Source of the DNA: Octopus vulgaris
Taxonomy: Eukaryota
Direction of reading: 5' to 3'
DNA: 64,000 nt
Assembly (NCBI GenBank): GCA_951406725.2
Contig: OX597822.1
Location: forward strand, 47,430,001 to 47,494,000
The notes beneath the pieces are model-generated. The model saw only the letters and a list, made by a program, of their open reading frames with translations. It made no database searches and was not told where the DNA came from. The first letter of the stretch is position 1. Each line of letters starts with the position of its first letter. The translations under genes were made by a program, and so were the position numbers. Below are positions 14,289-25,691 of this stretch, piece by piece.

Positions 14289-14362
14289 GAAGCGGAAACC
14301 ACACACGGACCATGGTTTCAAGGTGTATTGCCTATCATCGGCGTGTGGTAGGCCTCCGCTTC
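14289..14362 (-). ncRNA. Type I hammerhead ribozyme, copy 2
   Basis: Same sequence as copy 1, 360 bp away. Confidence 0.8.
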
Positions 14363-14749
14363 CTCGACGAATTCTCTCTCTGCAGGATTTTCTTATATAG
14401 ATTTTCAAGCAAAATACATTTGCTGATTTCGAAAATCTGTTCGAAAGCAATAATAATTCTCTAAAAGGAATATAGACAGTAACTGCTCGACAACATAAGG
14501 GACTAAAGCCATCTGAATATGGCTAGGGACAGGGCAGGGTGGTGGGGGTGTTACTGTTGCATTTAGCCCCAGGCGAACATCGACGTCACCAGAAAGGCTC
14601 GACATTTAGTCCCTTATGTTGTCGAGCAGTTACTGTCTATATTCCTTTTAGAGAATTATTATTGCTTTCGAACAGATTTTCGAAATCAGCAAATGTATTT
14701 TGCTTGAAAATCTATATAAGAAAATCCTGCAGAGAGAGAATTCGTCGAG

Positions 14750-14823
14750 GAAGCGGAGGCCTACCACACGCCGATGATAGGCAATACACCTTGAAACCAT
14801 GGTCCGTGTGTGGTTTCCGCTTC
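14750..14823 (+). ncRNA. Type I hammerhead ribozyme, copy 3 (in the inverted unit)
   Basis: GAAGCGGA-GGCC-UAC-CACACG | CCGAUGA | U-AGG-caauaca-CCU-U | GAAA | C-CAUG-G | UC^ | CGUGUG-U-GGUU-UCCGCUUC. Stem I has 6 bp, an internal loop, then 12 bp. The core has U4>C. Predicted cleavage is after GUC at 14804. Confidence 0.8.
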
Positions 14824-15044
14824 ATCGGGGAATTACCTCCCTTTGCAGGTTTAGGGCACCGTGACGGTGTCGAGCCTTTCTGGTGACGTCGATGTTCGCC
14901 TGGGGCTAAATGCAACAGTAACACCCCCACCACCCTGCCCTGTCCCTAGCCATATTCAGATGGCTTTAGTCCCTTATGTTATATATATATATATTTATAT
15001 ATAAGCAAGCTACTTACCACACAGCCACTCCTACGCCTATACAT

Positions 15045-15098
<54 letters not shown>

Positions 15099-15335
15099 AT
15101 ATGTTTGTGTGTCTGTGTTTGTCCCTCCAACATCGCTTGACAACCGATGCCGGTGTGTTTACATCCCTGTAACTTAACGGTTTGGCACAAGCGACCGATA
15201 GAATAAGTACTAGGCTTACAAAGAATAAGTCCTGGGGTCGATTTGCTCGACTAAAAGCGGTGCTCCAGCATGGCCACAGTCAAATGATTGAAACAAGTAC
15301 TCGTAAAAGAGTATGTATTTATGTATGTATGTATG

Positions 15336-15368
<33 letters not shown>

Positions 15369-15423
15369 GTATGTGTGTGTGAACTTTAGAACAACAAAAA
15401 CATAGAATGAAAAACGAAAAGTA

Positions 15424-16090
15424 TTTCAAGCCAACTCTTCTAGACGGTCTCCTTGTTTAGGTAGGTGAATACTGCCATAATCCTTGCCTTCAGTTCATCT
15501 TTTGTGTTACAAGGAGTTTTGTTGGTCTCTTGCTCAACTGTGCCTCACACATAATGATTAGGTGCCAGATGTTTGTGGGTGATTAGGCCGCAGAAATTGC
15601 CTGACAGCCATGACTGGGATCTCCTGCTTGTATGACATGGTGCAGAGTCCTGCTGCCAGACATAAGGTCTTCCAGCAGTCACACTCTTGACCTAGGGCAG
15701 CCCTACCTCCTGCAGGCACTTGATGTAGACCTCCGTGTTGAGTCTGAGGCCGTGTGGGAAGATGAATGGAGGCATAACCTCGCCATCGCTAGTGATCACT
15801 CCAAACACCATGATGTTCACTGGGTGTTTGATTTTTGTCACTTTCAGATCGCAGTCTTCAGATTGACACTCAAACACTCTGAAATGCTCGTATTGGAGTT
15901 TCCGGTGCGATTGCCAAGCAATACAGCATGTAGTTTCTAAATTTCTGGCATAATTAATTGAGTCATGGTGCTGTTTTTCTCACAAAGGGTGCCCAGCTGG
16001 CCCTACAATACTGTGTAATCGACAAAATGAAAAATAAAAAATGCGCGTACGCGAAATTAAAAATATAAAATGGCGACAATTTACCCATTG
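15424..16090 (-). mobile_element. Tc1/mariner-superfamily (maT/DD37D-like) transposase relic, internally deleted
   Basis: Minus-strand frames give KHPVNIMVFGVITSDGEVMPPFIF, RPYVWQQDSAPCHT and PCNTKDELKARI. Confidence 0.8.
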
Positions 16091-16114
16091 TGTGTGTGTG
16101 TGCGTGTGTGTGTA

Positions 16115-17013
<899 letters not shown>

Positions 17014-17188
17014 TGTATGTATGTATGTATTTTCAAAATCCGATAGAATCAAGATATTAATATAACAAAGGCACCAAAGTAGAGTCGGGGATAGCGCACC
17101 TGTGCACTATCTATCCATCTATCTATCAAATATATATATACATATATATATGTATGTATGTACACACACACACACACGCACACACACG

Positions 17189-17220
<32 letters not shown>

Positions 17221-17237
17221 CATATACACGCATATAT

Positions 17238-18110
17238 GTGGTCTAATTAATAAGTATCTGGAGTATTGTTATAGTAACGAAGCTAAAGCACGCAGAGTAA
17301 AGCTGCTTGGCACAGACTGACCTTAAACTCTGCTATGCATGCACACTAAGTTTTAACATTCTAGCTCACTTTCAATGTTTACAGCAGTGCTTGGAAGGAA
17401 GGTGTGTAGCGTGTGATCGTCGCACTGACCATGACAGAGGAAGCTGAGCAGGGAATCTGCATCAAATTTTGCCAAAAGCTTGGCGATACCTGCTCAGAAG
17501 CCTACGCAAAATTTTCAAAGAGTTTTCATCTTTCTTGACACAATCAAGGAGATTATGTGCAACTGAAACCTGAGCGTCCTTTTGGTCACTTGAAAGCAGT
17601 TTTGACACAAAGTTGGCAGACACACGTTTCATACCCAAATCTTCAGTGATAATGGACTGACCAGAACCGTAACTAATCTGCACACCCTCTGATAACTCAC
17701 GGATGGTGATTCGACGATTTCTCCTCACAGCTGCACGCACATCGGCGATATTTTTCTCAGTTCTGCTGGTTGCGGGTCATCAGAACGTTCGTCATTAACA
17801 ACATTTTTCAGCCATCTTGGAAATGTCTGAACCACTCATACATTTGTGTGCGGCTCACACACTCCTCTTCATACACTTTCTGCTACCTTGCGTGGACCTC
17901 AGAGAAGGTATCCCCATGACAACTTTCTTAGTCGTGGTCAATGCGACGATCACACGCCACATATAAACGGCAGATGTGAACTAGAGCGTTAAAACATAGT
18001 GCGCATGCACAACAGAGTTCAAGGTAAATTTGTGTGAAGTGGTTTCACTTTGCATGCTTTAGCTTTGTTACTATGGCAACAGTCCAGATATTTATTGATC
18101 AAACCTTGTA
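17238..18110. mobile_element. Mariner-derived element made of two facing 5' halves (long inverted arms)
   Basis: 17238-17440 is inversely homologous to about 17920-18110. The + strand starts MTEEAEQGICIKFCQKLG. The - strand gives the HTH segment NRRITIRELSEGVQISYGS..SIITEDLGMKRVSANFV. Confidence 0.8.
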
Positions 18111-18222
18111 CATACATATAAATAAAAATACATCCATATATTGCATATCTATTTATCTATCTATCTATCTCCTCCTCTCTTTCTCTCTCTCTCTCTCTCA
18201 CTCTCTCTCTCTCTCTCTCTCT

Positions 18223-18315
<93 letters not shown>

Positions 18316-18601
18316 GTTTTTACTTTTATTGTTTTTACCGTCTTGCTTTGTTCTTACTGTCCTGTTCTTCTTACCACTTTTACCCCTCCGCAAAATATCC
18401 CAAATTTTATTTAATTTGCTTTGCGGGAAGGACTGTTTCAACGAAGTCGCGTCTTGTACTTACCTTTGAAACGCGGAGTAGACGAAACAGGGATAACTGA
18501 AGAAGGGGAATGTTCCTTGTGTTATCAATCAATCTATCTATCTGTATATATACATACATACATACATACATACATACATACATACATACATACATACATA
18601 C

Positions 18602-18701
<100 letters not shown>

Positions 18702-18735
18702 CTAGTTGAAGGTGACCCGCTCTACGCGCGGGTAA
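18702..18735 (-). mobile_element. Helitron-type 3' terminus (body extends rightwards; 5' end not defined)
   Basis: The minus strand reads ACCCGC-gcgtaga-GCGGGT hairpin, a short spacer, then CTAG|T. Confidence 0.7.
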
Positions 18736-19395
18736 GAGTGTGGTTGTTACTTTCTGTTGCTTCCTTTCAGCACGTAAAAAGCACCATCCGAACGTGACCG
18801 ATTGCAGCGCCGCCTTGACTGGCTTCTGTGCCGGTGGCACGTAAAAAGCACCAACCGATCGTTGCCGCTGCGAGCCCCCCTGGCACCTGTGCCGGCGGCA
18901 CGAAAATAGCACCCACTACGCTCACAGAGTGGTTGGCGTTAGGAAGGTCATCCACCTGTAGAAACACTGCCAGATCAGACTGGAGCCTGGTGCAGCCTCC
19001 TGGCTTCCCAGACCCCGGTCAAACTGTCCAACCCGTGCTAGCACGGAAAACGGACGTTAAACGATGATGATGATGATGATTCGCCCTCTTTGTTTCTCTC
19101 TCCTTTCTCTCTCACTTTCCCACTCTCTTACTTTTCTTTTCTCTCGGACTCTCCCTCGCTTTCTCTTACTCTCTTTATCTATCTTTCTCCCATTTATAAA
19201 CAACAAAAGATCTTGAGTAAGTTGAGAAATAAAATATTTAGAAAGATCAATCATAAATATCAGGCAGTGGCAACGGAAAGGTCTGCTTCAAGGCAGACAG
19301 CAAAACGCTAACATTTAAAAGGGACAGACGAACTTGCGAGCTGAATAAAAATAATAAAATATTGGAAACCAAAGTTTGAAGGGATAGAATCTGAG

Positions 19396-19650
19396 GATAG
19401 TAGAGTCACCATGGCTGGCATTTCTTAACGACGGACAGCAACGTATTGACAGTTTAACGGCTGGCGTAAAATTTTGAACTTGATGTAAAAGAAAATTCGT
19501 ATACACCAAGTTTTGAAGTGATTCTTTCTCACGACAGTAGACTCACCATGGCAAGCATTCAAAACTTCTTCATCATGGACAGCAACACATTGACGATTAA
19601 AAGGCTGGCGCAAATTTTTTAGCTTGATGTAACAGAGAATTCCTAAACAC
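19396..19650. repeat. Diverged tandem duplication with a period of about 135 bp
   Basis: AGTAGA(G/C)TCACCATGGC...GGACAGCAAC...GGCTGGCG...CTTGATGTAA occurs twice. Confidence 0.75.
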
Positions 19651-19923
19651 TCGCTCCTTTAAATTTTAATCCCCTTCTAACCCCATTTAGACCCCTTTTC
19701 ACATTTTGATTAATATAACCCGATTTCATTCGGGTCTACTGGGGCCACATTTTATAAGATGAGGAATTTTGTCCTAGAGGTCACGCCTTTAATTTGAGGA
19801 AAAAAATAGTTGTCATGCAAACTTGCCAGCACTTTTAACATAGGTGTGCATATTTTCAGCTGAACCGACCGACCACATAATGCACACATTATATATGTGT
19901 TGTGTGTGTGTGTATATATATAT

Positions 19924-19994
<71 letters not shown>

Positions 19995-20652
19995 ACGCAT
20001 TATAGATACAAATTATATATATATGTGTATAAATTAAATTAGAGATAAAACCACTAATAGGCAAATGAAACAGTAAAAAACCAAAAACAAAAACATAAAA
20101 AAATATAATATATAAAATATATAAAATATAAAATTGAAAAATTTAAATTATTTGAATTTAAAATAAAAATTATTAAATCATATTTATAATTTGTTTAAAA
20201 ATATATATAACTATCAAAAAGTATGAAAAAGTTTAATATACATAAATACAGATATATACAGATATATACATTATATATACATATTTATATATAGAACACA
20301 CACACACACATATATAAATGAACGCAAGAAATATCTGATTCATAATATTTGTTCTCATGCTCGTGTGTTGGTGGTGGCGATGATAATTCTCTCTACGGAT
20401 GCAGACAGATACATAAAAGAACGTCGTCTGACGAACTTATAAAGGGAAAATGAAAGGGAGTTAGAGGGGAATGGAGGAAATAGTGTGAGTGAGTGAGGAA
20501 GACATATACGTAAAAGAACGGGAGTGGACTTGTCAAAGTGGGTTTTGGGCCCCTAGCAACGACACCTTTTAAGATAGGGATTTCTAAGGTAGCCCACGGG
20601 CATCGTCACCTCATTTTACATGTCCCTGTAAATTTTGGAGTGAATCGGACGG

Positions 20653-20692
<40 letters not shown>

Positions 20693-20974
20693 CTGTTTTG
20701 GTCGAGTCAGTCTCTTACAAATCTGAATTTCACTCCTGTGGGTGCAGAGGATCTTCAGGCAAGTTATGACAGTCATAACTTGTCTAAGGATCCTGTGTAC
20801 CTACAGTTTAAACTCAGTGTAGCAAAGGACTTACTCGACCAATATAAAATATATTATTAATCTCTATAATGGTACAGAGTCCTTTTTTTTTCCGACAATT
20901 AACACTTAACAGGCATGGAGGGTGCGCGCTTGTGTGTATATATGTATGTATGCTTATACACAAACGAATGCATG

Positions 20975-21059
<85 letters not shown>

Positions 21060-21061
<2 letters not shown>

Positions 21062-22028
21062 GGCAATAGCACTGGCCCTCAGAAACTCCGGGACCGTGTT
21101 TAGGATTTGGTAGATCGCTGGGAGTGAGTCACCCATTAGCATTTACTAAAGCATGTCTCTAGGAGAAATTCACTCTGATATAAAGCTAGATATGCAGGAA
21201 ATGGCATCGGACATTTTGAGGACCTTTTGCTTTCGCGTGAGATCATGGTACTCCCACGTTTTTCAGCCTGCAACCCGTATTAACACTGGATATCTTGGCC
21301 TGGCTCGTCTCTGGATCATGTCAGGATGGTGGAGAGGGTCCAAGAGCTGCTGTGCAGGCTCTTTTGGACCCAAGATTTTAGGGAGGCGATTTTCCGATGC
21401 CCGGTCGAGTAGGAGAGCGGCGTTGCGAGCATGGAAGCCACGAATACGAATCCGGGTGAAGCTGACAGCGAGTGCAACACCCTCGTGCACGGGCATTGCT
21501 CGAATTTTGCATGGTGAATGGTCAGTGATGGTCTTCCTCATTCACGAGTGGGTAGTTATCTTCATATGCGTGTGTTTGTGTCCTAGGTATCACTTTAAAC
21601 TACATCCGGTAGTGTGGGGCCTCGGTATGTGAGTTCGATGGTTTTAAGGATTGGGAAACCACTTCATAGCCACTATTGCTCTCTACACTGACCCGAAGTT
21701 TAGGGTTCCAGCTATGGATTAACAAGCATGCGAATCGCTGGGAGTGATGTACCCCTAATTTTCGCTAAAACTTCCTTCTAGGAGAAGGTAAGCTCGTATA
21801 AAAACCCCACGAAGAGCAGTTGGTTTCGGGTCGTCTCAACTGCTGTTGTGCCACTGGTTTTGGAATTAATTGCACTGTAAAGTAGGTTCGGTGTTGTGTA
21901 ACACTTTATCCGCTAAAAGCAAATTCGCGCACAGGAACTTCTCTCGGAATATTTGCAGGGATCTGCTGAGCTTAGAAAATGGTCGTACTCAGTCACGAGA
22001 GGATTTCTCCCATGCACATGTATGTATG

Positions 22029-22062
<34 letters not shown>

Positions 22063-22330
22063 TGTATGTATGTATGTATGTATGTATGTATGTATGTATG
22101 TATGTATGTATGTTCCTTGCTTTGGTTATGTCTTTTCATGAAGACATGAAGGGTAGGGTTAATGTTAGAGGGAAAATGTCGGAGCCCATTTCAATACAAA
22201 ATGGAGTGAAACAGAGGGATATTTGCCATATATTTTGCGATGGTTTTCTGCATTGCATTCAGAAACTGCAGATATGGTGTTTACATCCATTATCGAACCT
22301 CTGGCAGCATATTTAATATATCATATTTAA
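21060..22330 (+). mobile_element. RTE-clade LINE fragments
   Basis: 5'-UTR-like motifs, plus an RT fragment at 22112-22230: LVMSFHEDMKGRVNVRGKMSEPISIQNGVKQ. Confidence 0.6.
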
Positions 22331-23032
22331 TGGAGGGTTGGTGGGGACCGCGAAGTTTTCCACCAGGGGAGTTTTTTTTCGTGGGTCTTTTTTTCTATTC
22401 CAAGTTTTTTTTTTGCATGCTTCCAACGAATGTGACATCGAAATCAGGCATAAATGGCTCCTTTTTCCAGAAAAGGAAAGATTTGGCTGCTATTTCTAGC
22501 ATGCCCTGCTACCACGTAACAGCTATTTGCGTTCACACCGAAATATTTACCAACTTTTGTTCTTCCATTTATTTTTTCCACTTTATGGAAGTCAACATTT
22601 TTCTCTGTTGACATCCACCTTAGCGAGGTCATGGAACAAGTGTAAACACATCAAACACTGTTCTCTTTTGACAGGACAAAGAAATTTCCTGCTGTCTTTG
22701 CAAGCATCGAGCGGGTGGGTTTGGTTTCAAATCTGGGCAAGGCCAAATGAAGTCCTACAAGTCATCTATAATAAAAAGTGGTATTATATCGGGGTTGAAA
22801 GAACGACGCGTACAATATTAAATATGCTAAGACAATCTAAAAACAACAGAAACTTTTAAACGTTTACAGGTTTTTATGAAATTTTGGGGCCAACAGACTT
22901 TAGTTAATGGAAGCTAAATGTAACGGAAGTTAATTAGTCCAATAATGATTTTCAAAGTTAACTTAAAAGTTAAATCGTTAACGAAAATGTTACCTTCGTT
23001 AATTAACGATTAACGGATTAATGGACTTACGC

Positions 23033-23066
<34 letters not shown>

Positions 23067-23376
23067 ATATATAATAATAATAAAGGGTAAAATTAATTAA
23101 TTAATAATTAATAATTTTATCAACTAGTTTGGTATGTCAAAAGAACCATTATCGGTAAACCCATACAAAAATTCTATATTTATGAGTATAATTATAATTA
23201 GGGTTCACCAAAATTTACTTCACCACATACCGAAATTTAGAAATAGCAGTTAAAACTACTATTAGAAATAGCAGTTAAACTACTATTTTACTACCATAAG
23301 ATATCTCACAGACAGCAATACTCAACAACTCACGTAGGCAAAGAGAAAAAAAAATGAATTCACCCGACTCTGATTA

Positions 23377-23459
23377 ACTATATACGCGTTTCGGAGTTAA
23401 AGAGATGTGAAAAATGTAAAATCATATTTCTACTCACTCATTCTCCTCATCAGTACAAT
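23377..23459 (-). ncRNA. Penelope-type Type I hammerhead with canonical core
   Basis: Minus strand: AUUGUA-CUGAUGA-GGAG-(long loop)-CUCC-GAAA-CGCG-UA^-UAUAGU. Stem III is the palindrome ACGCGU. Confidence 0.7.
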
Positions 23460-23657
23460 ATTTCAAGATTTTAAATTTGAGAGCACTTATAATTAACATA
23501 CCTATTTGACTAAGCGTCATCAAACAGAATATATCCAAAGACTAGTACTTTTGCCGAATCGCTAAGTTACGGGGACGTAAACACACCAGCATCGGTTGTC
23601 AAGCGGTGTTTGGGGGGGACAAACACAGTCACACAAACATATACACACACAGCCATA

Positions 23658-23717
<60 letters not shown>

Positions 23718-24849
23718 ACAAACAAGTTGGTCATAGGCATGAGGACGCTAATCAAAATATTTAATGCACAACGCCAAAAGTGAAAGTGTGCAAGGCCGAT
23801 AGCTTTATCATATCTTGTCAAAAAAAGTGAGAAATCTCATAGAATCGATGTAAATGTATTCAAGAAGCACCTGAATACATTATCATCTGCGATTCCGGAC
23901 AAACCAGCATCACAATAAGAAACGCAACTGGGGGGGGGGGGGGGCAGCGGCATCACTAAAAGTTAAAACCGAATCGCTGGATAGCACAATGAGATCACCG
24001 TCGTTGATTAACCGATAAATCAGTGTCAAGCCATCATATGATTCGACTTTCTAATGAGCCCTATAAAAAGAAATGTTTTTTGCAGCAACTTCACAATGTT
24101 GAGGCGGCCACTTTAACATCTCCATTCTCGTTTCATTCACCAGCCGTGCAGACAGAAGGCACAGGTTTTGCTGCCATGAATATAACACGATTATTTTCCG
24201 AGTTGTGATGGGCTAATCACAGACTGATACGTACTTGCTAGTTTGTCAAACCCCCAGTAGTATGTCTCACCAGCGTGTATAGATTTGTCGCTTTTATTTT
24301 TTATTCAAAGGTCAACACAGAACACACTACATGCAGTAAATAAGCTTCTGTTAACTGTTCGTGGGCGTTGTTGATCATTTTTACATGCAGCCTAGGAAGA
24401 CGTTTTCATTCTCCACCAACTTCACAAGCACAGCAAGACTTCCATGACAATATCAATACAAATATTTCTTTCTTTATTGCCCACATGGGGCTAAACATAG
24501 AGAGGACAAACAAGGACAGACAAAGGGATTAAGTCGATTACATCGACCCCAGTGCGTAACTGGTATTTATTTAATCGACCCCAAAAGGATGAAAGGCAAA
24601 CTTAACCGTTTATCTATAGAATTTGTCTTTGAAGGCGAAGTAGTTATTTTTCCAAGATGAATTGTAGCCTTTCTATCACGAATTCTTTTTTGATGCGATG
24701 CGGGAGTTCGTTGGCGTAATTCTATAGCCAGAATTGAATTACCTCTATTCCTAGGTTGTGAGGGATATTGGAATAGAGGTTGACTTCATCGAAGAATACT
24801 AGCAGGGTGTTTTTGTTTATTGTTTCAGGAAGGTGAAACAATAATTGAG

Positions 24850-25200
24850 GGATCAGAGTTCTTCAAACAGGGACACCGTTTCACAGTGAAAAGCAACTTC
24901 ATATATGTTTCGGAGGACCTGATATACGCACTAACCTGCTCTGGGTGTCAAGAGCAATACATAGGCCAAACAAAAAAAAAACAGTCTACGTAAAAGGATG
25001 GCTCTGCACAGATCCCAGATCAAAATTCCCCAAAACAGAAAAATAGAATTCAGCCAACACATCGACGTTTGCGCCAATAGCAAAAATCCCAAGCTTCAGA
25101 ATTTTTCCCCTCTACCAATTCAGGGACGATACAATCTGTAGCTAACGAATTAGTAAAGAGACTCTCTTTATTACAAAATACGGACCCCTTTTGAACGATA
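24850..25200 (+). mobile_element. Penelope-like element GIY-YIG endonuclease relic
   Basis: FTVKSNFIYVSEDLIYALTCSGCQEQYIGQT, then after a frameshift LRKRMALHRSQI. This is a GIY-YIG motif with the PLE-type CxxC. Confidence 0.8.
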
Positions 25201-25621
25201 CATACACCAAGGCTGCAAAAAACATTTCTTTTTATAGGGCTCATTAGAAAGTCGAATCATATGATGACTTGACACTGATTTATCGGTTAATCAACGACAG
25301 TGATCTCATTGTGCTATCCAGCGATTCGGTTTCGAATCTGCTAGGATAGAAAAAGCAATGTGTAAATGCAAAATTTTGAAAGGTTTGCTAAGAAGTGAAA
25401 GTTTCTCAAATTATGAAATTTACAGCAGCAACAAATGTTTTCAACTAATAAAATTAGTATATAGAGAGAAACTAAAAGTGCCGCGTTTGCATATCTATTT
25501 ATCTATCTATCAATAACACAAACACACACGCAAATATTTAAAATGATACACTCAAGAGATTCCCAAGAATTCATTTAAAAAACAGTCGCAATCACTGCTA
25601 TAATATATATATATAACTGAG

Positions 25622-25691
<70 letters not shown>

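Larger units (their letters stand above)
13726..14980. mobile_element. Putative non-LTR retrozyme array: 360-bp units (13726-14085, 14086-14445, partial 14446-14604) plus an inverted copy (14605-14980)
   Basis: Exact 360-bp period with units identical by eye. No credible protein. One Type I hammerhead per full unit. Flanked on both sides by (TA)n. Confidence 0.85.
13531..15310 (+). mobile_element. tRNA-SINE split by the 360-bp array (head 13531-13670, tail about 15090-15310)
   Basis: The SINE head lies left of the array and the matching tail lies right of it. An extra inverted head fragment sits at about 15003-15043. Confidence 0.7.

Noticed and set aside
13819-14933. Repeated 73-115 aa ORFs in the 360-bp array
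   Set aside because: Mostly non-ATG starts, no recognisable domain, and present on both strands. The RNA-structure signal explains the unit better.
24100-24360. Possible Mutator-like transposase traces (SKTCAFC), and TTF-zinc-finger hAT traces at about 31700-31950
   Set aside because: Too degraded to support a call without a profile search.
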